Assembly: GCA_016207605.1 (NCBI GenBank)
Contig: JACQPJ010000041.1
Coordinates: forward strand, 4,264-68,263
Length of the DNA: 64,000 bases
From: Elusimicrobiota bacterium
GTDB taxonomy: Bacteria > Elusimicrobiota > Elusimicrobia > UBA1565 > UBA9628
Direction: 5' to 3'
The position numbers were made by a program, and so were the translations under genes. The notes under the pieces were generated by a model, which saw nothing but the letters and a program-made list of their open reading frames with translations, had not been told where the DNA came from and made no database searches. How positions within the stretch are numbered: the first letter of the stretch is position 1; every line of letters begins with the position of its first letter. Shown in pieces: positions 16,264-25,258 of the stretch.

Positions 16264-17154
16264 ATGCCGTCACCTGTTTTGGAGGCTAAAAACCTCGTTA
16301 AGCGCTATCCCGGCGCGTCCGCCAATGCCGTGGACGGACTGTCGTTGGCCGTGGCGGAGGGCTCCTGCTTCGGACTTTTGGGCCCCAATGGAGCGGGTAA
16401 GACCACGACGGTGGAGATTCTGGAGGGGGTGCTGGCGGCCGACGCGGGCGAGGTTCTCTACCGCGGCGCGGCGGCCGGGGCGGAGTTTCGCGCGCGCGCA
16501 GGCATCCAGTTCCAGCAGACCGCCCTCCAGGAGCGCTTGAGCGTGCGCGAGGTGCTGGAGCTATTTGCGCGACTTTACCCGCGAGCGGCCGACATGACGG
16601 AACTGATCGGGCTCTGCGATCTGGAAGAGATCCTGGACCGGGACGTTCAGCGACTCTCCGGCGGCCAGCGCCAGCGCGTCCTACTCGCGGTCGCGCTGGT
16701 CAACGATCCCGACGTGGTCTTTCTCGACGAGCCGACTACGGGGCTGGACCCGCAGGCGCGGCGCAACTTCTGGGACCTGGCGCGGGCCATCAAGGGCCGC
16801 GGCAAGACCGTCCTGCTGACCACGCACTACATGGAGGAGGCCTACGCCCTCTGCGACGAGGTCGCCATCGTCGACCGCGGCCGCATCATCGCCCAGGGAG
16901 AGCCCGATCGCCTGCTCAAGTCCCACTTCGACGGCGTCACGCTCGAGCTGCCGCGGGAGGACGCCCGCGTGCCGCCGTCCCTGGCCCCGTTTGCGCGCGA
17001 CCGCGCCGGCGCCGTCGAGATCTTCACCGCGGACGTCGAGGGCGCGCTGGACGCCCTGCGCGCGGCCGGCTCGCGCCTGCGCCACTTGACCGTGCGGCCG
17101 CGCACGCTCGAGGACCTCTTCCTGGAACTGACCGGCCGGGAGCTGCGCGAGTGA
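16264..17154 (+). CDS. ABC transporter ATP-binding protein (ABC-2/DrrA-like)
   Basis: Internal ATG at 16264 (MPSPVLEAKNLVKRYPG) chosen. Walker A GPNGAGKTT, signature LSGGQRQR, Walker B VVFLDEPTTGLD. Confidence 0.85.
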   Translation: MPSPVLEAKNLVKRYPGASANAVDGLSLAVAEGSCFGLLGPNGAGKTTTVEILEGVLAADAGEVLYRGAAAGAEFRARAGIQFQQTALQERLSVREVLELFARLYPRAADMTELIGLCDLEEILDRDVQRLSGGQRQRVLLAVALVNDPDVVFLDEPTTGLDPQARRNFWDLARAIKGRGKTVLLTTHYMEEAYALCDEVAIVDRGRIIAQGEPDRLLKSHFDGVTLELPREDARVPPSLAPFARDRAGAVEIFTADVEGALDALRAAGSRLRHLTVRPRTLEDLFLELTGRELRE

Positions 17155-18161
17155 CTGCGTCCCTGCGCCGCGTCTGGGCGGTCTTCACGGCCCGCAACAA
17201 GGAGTTCCTGCGCGACCGCGGCGCGCTGGGCTGGAACCTGCTCTTTCCGCTCTTCGTCGTCTTCGGCATGGCCTTCGCCTTCTCCGGCCGGCGTCAGGAC
17301 GTGTTCAAGGTGGGCGTGGCGGGCGGACCGGCCCTGCCCCGGGCCGTGGCCGAGACGAGATACCTCGGCTTCGTCCATTTCGACTCCCTGGCCGAGGGCC
17401 AGGCCAGGCTCCGGCGCCACCAGATCGACCTGCTCGTCGAGCCCGGGACGCCGCTCTCGTACTGGGTCAACGACTCCGCGCCCAAGGGCTACCTGGCCGA
17501 GCGCGTCCTCCTGGGCGCGCTGGACGGAGCGCCGTCCCGGCGCGGCGCGGTCAGCGGCCGGCCCATCCGCTACGTGGACTGGCTCGTCTCGGGACTCATG
17601 GGGATGAACATGATGTTCTCGGCGCTTTTCGGCGTGGGCTACGTGATCGTGCGCTACCGCAAGAACGGCGTGCTCAAGCGCCTCAAGGCCACGCCGCTGC
17701 GCGCCGCGGAGTTCCTGGCCGCCCAGATCGCGTCGCGCCTGGTCTTGATCCTGGGCGTCTTCGCCGTGGTCTATCACGGCGCGGATTATTTCCTGCGCTT
17801 CGAGCGGCTGGGCTCGCTGGTGGCCCTCTACCTCGTCTTCGCCTTGGGCGCGGTCTGCCTGGTCTCCTTGGGCCTGCTCGTCGCCGCGCGCGTGGCCAGC
17901 GAGGAGCTGGCCGGCGGCCTCCTCAACCTGATCACCTGGCCGATGATGTTCCTCTCCGGCGTCTGGTTCTCCCTGGAGGGCGCGCCGCGTCCCCTGCGCC
18001 TGCTGGCCCAGGCCATGCCGCTGACCCACGTCATCGACGCCGCCCGCGCCGTCATGACCGAGGGCGCGACCCTCTCCCAGATCGCGCCGCAGCTGTGGAT
18101 CTTGGCCGCGATGACCGCGGTCTTTCTCGTCCTCGGCGCCCAGCTCTTCCGCTGGGATTAA
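17151..18161 (+). CDS. ABC-2 type transporter permease
   Basis: 336 aa, multi-pass hydrophobic. Its GTG start overlaps the ATPase stop as GTGA. Confidence 0.75.
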   Translation: MTASLRRVWAVFTARNKEFLRDRGALGWNLLFPLFVVFGMAFAFSGRRQDVFKVGVAGGPALPRAVAETRYLGFVHFDSLAEGQARLRRHQIDLLVEPGTPLSYWVNDSAPKGYLAERVLLGALDGAPSRRGAVSGRPIRYVDWLVSGLMGMNMMFSALFGVGYVIVRYRKNGVLKRLKATPLRAAEFLAAQIASRLVLILGVFAVVYHGADYFLRFERLGSLVALYLVFALGAVCLVSLGLLVAARVASEELAGGLLNLITWPMMFLSGVWFSLEGAPRPLRLLAQAMPLTHVIDAARAVMTEGATLSQIAPQLWILAAMTAVFLVLGAQLFRWD

Positions 18162-18164
18162 AAG

Positions 18165-18473
18165 TTAGCGCAGGGCGCCCTCGGCCTTGAGCATGCGGCG
18201 CTTGGCGTCCACGCCGCCGCGGCCGGAGTAGCCGGTCAGCTTGCCGTCCGCGCCCACGACGCGGTGGCAGGGCACGGCCGGCGCGAAGGGATTCTTGCCG
18301 AGGGCTTGACCGACGGCGCGCGCCGCGCCGGGGCGGCCGACGCGCCGGGCGATCCAGCCGTAGCTGCGCGTCTCGCCCTTCGGGATCTGCGCGCAGGCCT
18401 TCCACACGTCCTGATAGAACGCAGGATATGTCTTCATGTCGTTGAGAACTTTCTTTGGGAGCTTGTTTTTCAT
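18165..18473 (-). CDS. ogt: Methylated-DNA-protein-cysteine methyltransferase (single-domain MGMT/Ogt)
   Basis: Internal ATG at 18473 (MKNKLPKK...) chosen because GGAGG lies 5 nt upstream. Active-site PCHRVV present; 102 aa. Confidence 0.75.
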   Translation of the reverse strand: MKNKLPKKVLNDMKTYPAFYQDVWKACAQIPKGETRSYGWIARRVGRPGAARAVGQALGKNPFAPAVPCHRVVGADGKLTGYSGRGGVDAKRRMLKAEGALR

Positions 18474-18489
18474 GGTCGCCTCCGCTCGG

Positions 18490-19581
18490 TTACGGCAGGA
18501 TGATTTTACCAAGAACGCGGGGGCCGCGGGCGTCCGTCGCGGTAGGGAGATTGCCGGGCTCGCCGTCCAGCGCGCGCAGGGCCAGCCAGGCGAAGCAGGC
18601 GGCCTCTTTGGCCTGGACCGGCAGCTCCGAGACGACGACGGGGATCGGCGCGAAGAGCGCGGACAGCCGCCGCATCAAGTGGCGGTTGAGGACACCGCCG
18701 CCCGAGACCACGACGCGCGCCGGGTGCCGCGGGGAGTTCTCCATCACGCCCAGCCACAGCGATCGGGCGGTGAACTCCGCGAGCGTCGCCAGGACGTTGG
18801 GCAAAGCCGCCTTCGTCAACCGCGGATAGAGGCGAGCCAGCAGGGCGGGACCGAAGGTCGAGCGGTCAAGCGACTTGGGGGGAGCTTTCAGGAAATAGGG
18901 ATGAGCGAGCAGGCGCCGCAGCGTCGTTTCATCCGGTTTGCCCCGCGCGGCCAGCCTCCCGCCGCGATCCAGCTCCTCGCGCCCGCCGGTGGCTCGGCGC
19001 ACGGCCTCGTCCATGAGCGCGTTGCCGGGACCGGTGTCGAAAGCGGCGTGCAGGCATCCCTCGCCGATTAAAGAGGCGTTGGCGATCCCTCCGATATTGA
19101 CCACCGCTTGGCACGGGTTGTTTTTATAAAGGAATAGATCGAAGGCCGGCACCAGCGGCGCGCCCTGTCCGCCCGCGGCCACGTCCCGGGGACGGAAGTC
19201 CGCGACCACCGGAACACCCAAGCGTTCCGCGATCACCGCCGGTTCCGCGATCTGGAGGGTGTTGGGCGGATCCTCGCCAGGGCCGTGCCACACCGTCTGT
19301 CCGTGGGAGCCGATGACGACCGGCCGCGTTCCGCGCGCGATGTTCGCGGCGGCGGCCGCGAACTCCAGGCCCAGCGCGAAGTTGAGCCGTGATAGTTCGG
19401 GTGTTCGAAGGTGCGGCGCGTCCAGGACCAAGCGCTTGATCGCGGGCGGATAGGGATGCGTCGCGTGGCGCAGGACCTTGATCGCGCGCTTCCCGACGCG
19501 AACCAGCGCCGCGGTCACTCCGTCGGCCGACGTGCCGGACATGAGCCCAACGGCCAGGCGAGTTTTCCCGCGCGGCATCAA
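18490..19581 (-). CDS. anmK: Anhydro-N-acetylmuramic acid kinase
   Basis: 363 aa. LAVGLMSGTSADGV N-terminus and overall AnmK-like sequence. Confidence 0.8.
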   Translation of the reverse strand: MMPRGKTRLAVGLMSGTSADGVTAALVRVGKRAIKVLRHATHPYPPAIKRLVLDAPHLRTPELSRLNFALGLEFAAAAANIARGTRPVVIGSHGQTVWHGPGEDPPNTLQIAEPAVIAERLGVPVVADFRPRDVAAGGQGAPLVPAFDLFLYKNNPCQAVVNIGGIANASLIGEGCLHAAFDTGPGNALMDEAVRRATGGREELDRGGRLAARGKPDETTLRRLLAHPYFLKAPPKSLDRSTFGPALLARLYPRLTKAALPNVLATLAEFTARSLWLGVMENSPRHPARVVVSGGGVLNRHLMRRLSALFAPIPVVVSELPVQAKEAACFAWLALRALDGEPGNLPTATDARGPRVLGKIILP

Positions 19582-20489
19582 CTCAGGATGGTCTGTAACG
19601 CGACGTCGAGATTCGGATATTTGAAGGCGTAGCCGGCGGCGAGGAGCTTCTTGGGGAGCGCGCGCTGGCCGCCGAGGAGCATGTCGGACATCTCACCCAG
19701 GGCCAGGCGCAGGGCGAAGGCGGGGGCCGGCAGCCAGGAGGGGCGGCCGAGGGCGCGGCCCAGGGCCGCGGAGAACTCCGCGTTAGTCTTGAGCTCCGGG
19801 GAGACGAGGTTCACGGGTCCGGAGACCTCCGCGTGGTCGAGCAGGAAGAGGACCGCGCCCACGACGTCGTCGCGGTGGATCCAGGCGAACCACTGGCGGC
19901 CGCAGCCCAGCGGGCCGCCCAGAAAGAAGCGAAAGGGCGGGGTCATCTTGGACAGCGCCCCGCCGCCCTTGCCCAGAACCACGCCCAGGCGCAAGGTCGC
20001 CACGCGCGCGCCGAGAGCTTCCGCCGCGAAGGCCTCGCGCTCCCATTGGCCGCAGAGCGCGGCAAGGAAATCGGCGCCTTGGGGGGAAGTCTCGACCCTG
20101 TCGCCGTCGGGCGCGCTGCCGTAGTAGCCCACCGCCGAGGCGTTGATCAGCGTCTTGGGCCGCGCGGGCGCGCGAGAGATCGCAGCGACGAGGGCCCGGG
20201 TCGAGTCGAGGCGGCTTCTGGCCAGGACGAGCTTGCGCTCCGGGGTCCAGCGCCCCGCAGCCACGCTTTCGCCGCAAAGATTGATCACGGCCTCCGCCCC
20301 GTTCAGGGCTTTTTCCCAGGGCCCGGCGCTTTTGCCGTCCCACTCCGCGATCGAGGCTCGGCCGGCCCAGCGAGCGCGGACGGCTTCGGGCCGCCTTGTG
20401 AGGACGGCGACCTTGTCGCCGCGGGCGATCAGGGCTTCGATGAGAGGGGTTCCGACGAAGCCGGCGGCGCCGGCGAGGACGATGTTCAT
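19578..20489 (-). CDS. NAD-dependent epimerase/SDR family protein with DUF1731-type C-terminus (YfcH-like)
   Basis: 303 aa. Rossmann motif VLAGAAGFVGTPL. Its stop overlaps the anmK start as ATGA. Confidence 0.7.
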   Translation of the reverse strand: MNIVLAGAAGFVGTPLIEALIARGDKVAVLTRRPEAVRARWAGRASIAEWDGKSAGPWEKALNGAEAVINLCGESVAAGRWTPERKLVLARSRLDSTRALVAAISRAPARPKTLINASAVGYYGSAPDGDRVETSPQGADFLAALCGQWEREAFAAEALGARVATLRLGVVLGKGGGALSKMTPPFRFFLGGPLGCGRQWFAWIHRDDVVGAVLFLLDHAEVSGPVNLVSPELKTNAEFSAALGRALGRPSWLPAPAFALRLALGEMSDMLLGGQRALPKKLLAAGYAFKYPNLDVALQTILS

Positions 20490-20567
20490 GGCTGGCCTCC
20501 ATCCAAAGTCCGGGTTATGATGGCAAAAATATCGGGAACTTTCCGGCCCTCGGGCGCGTATCCTGTC

Positions 20568-22427
20568 ATGCTCCTGTGGCGCCCCCTGCTTTGGGCCGTT
20601 CTTCTTGGCGGCGCGGCGGCCTTCGCCGCGCGCCGGGAAGGGCGCTTGCCCGCGCCCCGCGACCCGAGCTGGCGCGCCAAGGCGTGGCGCACGGTCGGTC
20701 TGGAGGGCGTGGTCGCCGGCTCCGTCCGCCGCACGGGCCGGGGCTGGCGGACCGTGCTGGACGTCCCCGCGCCCTCCGGCGTCCAGCGCGCCGTCCTATG
20801 GCTGCCTAAGGGTCCGCCCCCGCCCGGCTGCGAGCCGGGACGGCGCATTGCCGCGTTCGGCCGCCTGCGCCCGACGCGGCCCGCCCGCGATCCTGGAGAT
20901 TACGATGAGGAAGCGGCCGAGGCCGGCCGCGGCGCGGCCTGGGTTCTGGAGGCCGGCCGGGTGGAGGTCTCCAGCGCGCCTCCGGCCGCGCGGTTTTGGC
21001 CGCAGGTTTGGGCCCAACGCGCCCGCCTGGCCGCGGAGGCGGCTTTCGAGCGACGTCTGGTTCCGTACCGCGCGGCCCTGCTGGCCGCGCTCGCCTTCGG
21101 CGAGGGAGGCGGGCTCGGCCGCGCGACGTCGGCGGCCGTGCGCGACGCGGGGGGCATGCACCTCCTGGTGGCCGGGGCTCAAGGCGTGTGGTTCGCGGCC
21201 GCGGCCGGGGCGCTGGCGGCGTTCCTATTGGGACTGCGGCCCCTGGGGAGGGGCGCCTGCGCCCTGGCGGCCGCCGCCTTCTACGCGCTGATGGTCGGCG
21301 CGGACCCTCCCAGCGTGCGCGCGTGGCTCATGCTCGGGGCCGCGTCGGCGGCTCGGGCCCTGGATCGGCCCAGCTCGATGTCGGCCGCGCTCACGCTGGC
21401 GGCCGCGGCGCTGCTGGCCGTCCAACCCGCCGCGGCCCTGTCGCTGGGCGCCCTGCTGAGCTTCGGGGGCGTGGCGGCCATCCTCGCGGCGTCTTCGAGG
21501 CTAGATGCCCTGGTTCCGTCCCGCTGGCCCCGCCTCCCGCGCCATGCCGCCATCCTCTTGGGCGTGGGCGCGGCGATGACCGCGGTCCTATGGCCCCTGC
21601 TGGCCGCGACGTTCCTGCGGGTTTCCATGATCGGTCCGCTCGCCAACCTGGCGCTCATCCCCCTGGCCGGTCTTCTGCTGTACGCGGCCTGCGTCCTGGC
21701 CGCGCTGGACGCCTGGGCGCCGGCCGCCGCGGCTTGGGCGGCGCGCGCCGCGGACGCGGGCCTGGCGCTGTTCGAGAGGATCTGCCTCCGCGCGGCTTCA
21801 GTGCCCGGCGCCGCGGTTTCCGCTCCTGCGTGGGGCGGAGCCGATTACGCCGGCTATGCCCTGGTCCTGGCCGCCTTCCTGGCTTGGCCGCGCCGCCGCT
21901 TGGCCGCGGGCTTGACGGCCGCGGCCGTTGTCGCCTGGGCGCTGGCTCCCCGGTTGGCGCCTCCGCCGCCCGTCTGCGCCGTGTTCCTGTCCCGTCCGCC
22001 CGGTGCCGCGCTGCTGCGCTTCTCCGGGGGGCGGGCCTGGTTCGTGGGGCCGCGTCCGCCTGACGCGGCGGCGCGCCGCGCGGCGCTGGCCCTGGGGGCG
22101 GGGCCCGTCGCGCGCGTTCTGGTCGGCCGGCGCCTGGTCGTGCGCCTGGGCGTGGTGTCCCTGCGCCTCGGCGACCCGGCCGGCCCCGCCGCCCGGAGGG
22201 GGGAAGGGCCTTTTGCTATAATCGGGCGTCCTCGGGCGGGAGCGCTCGAGGCCGCGACCGATGGCTCCTCCCTCGTCGTCCGCGTTCTCCGGCCGGGTCT
22301 TTTCCGCGGCCCTGGTGTTCCTCAACGAGTCCAAGCCGGGCTCGCGGGGGACGCTGGCGCGCGTGCGCGCCCTGCTCAAGGCGCGCGGGATCAAAGCCTT
22401 GATCGTGAACGGACGCCCCCGCGCTGA
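20568..22427 (+). CDS. comEC: ComEC/Rec2 family competence channel protein without a recognisable metallo-beta-lactamase motif
   Basis: Internal ATG at 20568 (MLLWRPLLWAVLLGGAA) chosen. Has an N-terminal DUF4131-like part and a polytopic competence domain (e.g. AVRDAGGMHLLVAGAQG). No HxHxDH in the C-terminal ~140 aa. Confidence 0.7.
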   Translation: MLLWRPLLWAVLLGGAAAFAARREGRLPAPRDPSWRAKAWRTVGLEGVVAGSVRRTGRGWRTVLDVPAPSGVQRAVLWLPKGPPPPGCEPGRRIAAFGRLRPTRPARDPGDYDEEAAEAGRGAAWVLEAGRVEVSSAPPAARFWPQVWAQRARLAAEAAFERRLVPYRAALLAALAFGEGGGLGRATSAAVRDAGGMHLLVAGAQGVWFAAAAGALAAFLLGLRPLGRGACALAAAAFYALMVGADPPSVRAWLMLGAASAARALDRPSSMSAALTLAAAALLAVQPAAALSLGALLSFGGVAAILAASSRLDALVPSRWPRLPRHAAILLGVGAAMTAVLWPLLAATFLRVSMIGPLANLALIPLAGLLLYAACVLAALDAWAPAAAAWAARAADAGLALFERICLRAASVPGAAVSAPAWGGADYAGYALVLAAFLAWPRRRLAAGLTAAAVVAWALAPRLAPPPPVCAVFLSRPPGAALLRFSGGRAWFVGPRPPDAAARRAALALGAGPVARVLVGRRLVVRLGVVSLRLGDPAGPAARRGEGPFAIIGRPRAGALEAATDGSSLVVRVLRPGLFRGPGVPQRVQAGLAGDAGARARPAQGARDQSLDRERTPPR

Positions 22428-23136
22428 GGCTCTGCGCCGCGCCGATCTCGCGATCGCTTTGGGCGGCGACGGAACGATGCTGCGGGCGGCGCGGGAGGCG
22501 GCGCCTCGCGGCATCCCCCTGCTGGGCGTCAACACCGGCCGGCTGGGCTTCCTCTCCGGGGCGGAGTCGCCGGAGCTGGCGCGGGGGCTGGGAGAGGCCC
22601 TGGCCGGCCGCTTCGCCGTCGAGGAGCGCTCCATGCTGGAGGCGGAGGTCCTGCGCGGGGGCCGGCGCGTCTTCGGGCCCGACCGCGCGCTCAACGAGGT
22701 CGTCATCCGCTGCGGCGAGCAGGCGCGCGCGGTCACCCTGTCGGCCCGCTCGGGCGCGCGCTTCGTGGCCGACTATTTCGGCGACGGCCTGATCGCGGCC
22801 ACGCCGACCGGCTCGACCGCCTACGCGCTGGCGGCCTCCGGCCCCCTCGTGGACCCGTCCCTGGACGTGATCCTGGTCGCGCCGATCTGCCCGCACACGC
22901 TGACCCAGCGCCCGCTGATCGTGCCGGCCTGCCTGCCGCTCTCGATCCGCCTGGGCCGCCGCCGCGCCGACGAGGCGCCCCGCGTCCTGGTTTCCCTGGA
23001 CGGCCGCGCCGCCTGCGACCTGCGCGTGGACGACGAGGTCCGCGTGCGCCGCGCGGCGGCGCCGCTGAAGCTGCTGATGCCGCCGCGGAGATCCTTCTTC
23101 GAGGTCCTGCGCCGCAAGCTCAAGTGGGGGGCCTGA
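22261..23136 (+). CDS. nadK: NAD kinase
   Basis: GGDGTML motif and NTGRLGFL. The start is uncertain (ATG 22261 or GTG 22315); either overlaps the comEC 3' end. Confidence 0.8.
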   Translation: MAPPSSSAFSGRVFSAALVFLNESKPGSRGTLARVRALLKARGIKALIVNGRPRAEALRRADLAIALGGDGTMLRAAREAAPRGIPLLGVNTGRLGFLSGAESPELARGLGEALAGRFAVEERSMLEAEVLRGGRRVFGPDRALNEVVIRCGEQARAVTLSARSGARFVADYFGDGLIAATPTGSTAYALAASGPLVDPSLDVILVAPICPHTLTQRPLIVPACLPLSIRLGRRRADEAPRVLVSLDGRAACDLRVDDEVRVRRAAAPLKLLMPPRRSFFEVLRRKLKWGA

Positions 23137-23138
23137 CC

Positions 23139-24590
23139 ATGCAAGTCCGCACCCGCTTCGCCCCGTCACCGACCGGGTTCCTGCACATCGGCGGCGCCCG
23201 CACCACGCTCTACAACTGGCTTTTCGCGCGCCGCCACGGCGGAGCCTTCATCCTGCGCATCGAGGACACCGACGAGGTGCGCTCGACGGAGGAGTCGGTC
23301 TCGGCCATCCTCGACTCCATCCGCTGGCTCGGGCTCGACTGGGACGAGGGCCCGGCGGACCTCAGGAGCGACAAGGGCCGCTGCGGTCCTTATTACCAGA
23401 TGCGGCGCGTGGACCTCTACCGCGCCCAGAGGGACCGGCTCCTAAAGGACGGCAAGGCCTACCGCTGCTACTGCACCAAGGAGGAGCTCGACGAGATGCG
23501 GCGCCTGGCCCAGCTCGAGAAGCGCCCGCCGCGCTACGACGGCCGCTGCCGGAGCCTGACCGAGGCCAAGCGCCGCGAGCTCGAGGCCTCGGGCCGCAAG
23601 GCCGCGGTGCGCTTCCAGATGCCGGGCGACGGCGTCACCGTCATCGAGGACCAGATCCGCGGCTCGGTGCGCTTCGAGAACCATCTCCAGCAGGACCTGG
23701 TGATCTGGAAGACCACGGACGGGCCCACCTACAACTTCGCCTGCGTCGTGGACGACCACCTGATGGAGATCAGCCACGTCATCCGCGGCGACGAGCACCT
23801 CTCCAATACGCCGTCGCAGATCCAGATCTACCGCGCCCTGGGCTGGGAGCCGCCTCTGTTCGCGCACCTGTCCATGATCCTGGGTCCGGACGGCTCCAAG
23901 CTCTCCAAGCGCCACGGGGCGACCTCGGTGCTGGAGTACCGCGACCAGGGCTATCTCCCCGCGGCGATGCGCAACTACCTCGCCCTGCTGGGCTGGTCCA
24001 CGCCCGACTCCCAGCAGCTCTTCGCCGCGGAGGAGCTCGTCGGCAAGTTCGCGCTGGAGGGCTGCCAAAAGAGCCCCGCCACCTTCGACACGGTCAAGCT
24101 CCAGTGGATGAACGGCGAGTACATCCGCAAGACCGGCCTCGACGAGCTGACGCGGCTGGCGGAGCCGTTTTTGGAGAAGGCCGGCCTGAAAGGCCTTCCC
24201 GGCCCGGATTTAAAGGCTGCCGTCGCCCTCGAGCACGAGAAGTTCAAGCTTCTCTCCGAGATCCCGGGGTTGGTGGACTTTTTCTACAAGCCGGTGGAAT
24301 TTACGCCGAAGGCGATGGATAAGGTTCTTAAAGCTCCAGGCGCGAAGGAGGTACTGAACGGCATGGCCCTGGCGTTGAAGGACCTGGAGCCTTTCGACGA
24401 GAAAACGATCGAGGCGCGCGTGCGCCGCTTCTGCGAGGACGAGGGCCTCAAGACCGGCCAGGCCTTCCATCCCCTGCGCGCCGCCGTCACCGGCCGCACC
24501 GAAGGCCCGACCCTCTTCAAGATGCTCGAGATCATGGGCCGCGGCGAGGTCCTCAAGCGTCTGGCCGACGCGCAAACCCGGCTTGCCTGA
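23139..24590 (+). CDS. gltX: Glutamate-tRNA ligase
   Basis: ATG at 23139 (MQVRTRFAPSPTGFLHIGGART; HIGH motif), 2 nt after the nadK stop. KMSKS variant KLSKR. Confidence 0.9.
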   Translation: MQVRTRFAPSPTGFLHIGGARTTLYNWLFARRHGGAFILRIEDTDEVRSTEESVSAILDSIRWLGLDWDEGPADLRSDKGRCGPYYQMRRVDLYRAQRDRLLKDGKAYRCYCTKEELDEMRRLAQLEKRPPRYDGRCRSLTEAKRRELEASGRKAAVRFQMPGDGVTVIEDQIRGSVRFENHLQQDLVIWKTTDGPTYNFACVVDDHLMEISHVIRGDEHLSNTPSQIQIYRALGWEPPLFAHLSMILGPDGSKLSKRHGATSVLEYRDQGYLPAAMRNYLALLGWSTPDSQQLFAAEELVGKFALEGCQKSPATFDTVKLQWMNGEYIRKTGLDELTRLAEPFLEKAGLKGLPGPDLKAAVALEHEKFKLLSEIPGLVDFFYKPVEFTPKAMDKVLKAPGAKEVLNGMALALKDLEPFDEKTIEARVRRFCEDEGLKTGQAFHPLRAAVTGRTEGPTLFKMLEIMGRGEVLKRLADAQTRLA

Positions 24591-24659
24591 CGCGTTCTGG
24601 GTCTTGCGCGGCGGGGGGGTTCTCATATACCATCTGTGCCGGTTCCGACGGAGGATTTT

Positions 24660-25217
24660 ATGGCGAAGAAAGCGGCGAAGAAAAAAGTGAAGAAGACCGC
24701 GGCCCGCGCGGCCAAGCCGCGCCCCAAGTCCAGGGCGAAGCCGCGGCGCAGGCCCAAGGCCGCGCCCAGGAAGTCGGCCGGCGCTTCCTCCGCCGCCAAG
24801 GCCTTGGCGTGGCTGACCCCGGCCAAGCTCAAGGAGATCCGCGCCAACCTCGTGCGCATGCGCGACGACATCCTGCGCACCGTGCGCAAGCAGCAGGTCG
24901 AGGAGGGCGTCGACAACGGCGATTCCGTGGACCAGGCCAGCCAGTCCATCGAGAAGGAGCTCCTCTTCGAGCTCTCCGACAACGAGCGCGTCACCCTCGA
25001 CATGATCGACGCCGCCATCCGCCGCGTCGACCGCGGCGTCTTCGGCTTGTGCGAGGCGACCCAGAAGCCGATTTCCCGCGCGCGCCTGGAGGCCATCCCC
25101 TACGCCCGCTACTCCATCGAGTACCAGAACCAGCTCGAGCAGAAGGTCACGGCCGAGCCGGAGTCCGGGCCGGACTTCAGCGCCATCGGAGAGATCGAGC
25201 ACGCCGCAGAGTCCTGA
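24660..25217 (+). CDS. DksA/TraR-family protein with a Lys/Ala/Pro-rich N-terminal tail and only one zinc-finger cysteine
   Basis: ATG at 24660 preceded by GGAGGA. The N-terminal ~45 aa read MAKKAAKKKVKKTAARAAKPRPKSRAKPRRRPKAAPRK. DksA-like coiled coil follows, then GVFGLCEATQKPISRARLEAIPYARYSIEYQ where CxxC...CxxC is expected. Confidence 0.6.
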   Translation: MAKKAAKKKVKKTAARAAKPRPKSRAKPRRRPKAAPRKSAGASSAAKALAWLTPAKLKEIRANLVRMRDDILRTVRKQQVEEGVDNGDSVDQASQSIEKELLFELSDNERVTLDMIDAAIRRVDRGVFGLCEATQKPISRARLEAIPYARYSIEYQNQLEQKVTAEPESGPDFSAIGEIEHAAES

Positions 25218-25258
25218 CCGCATTAAATTCGTAACAGGATCGGGCTATCCTGCGGGCG

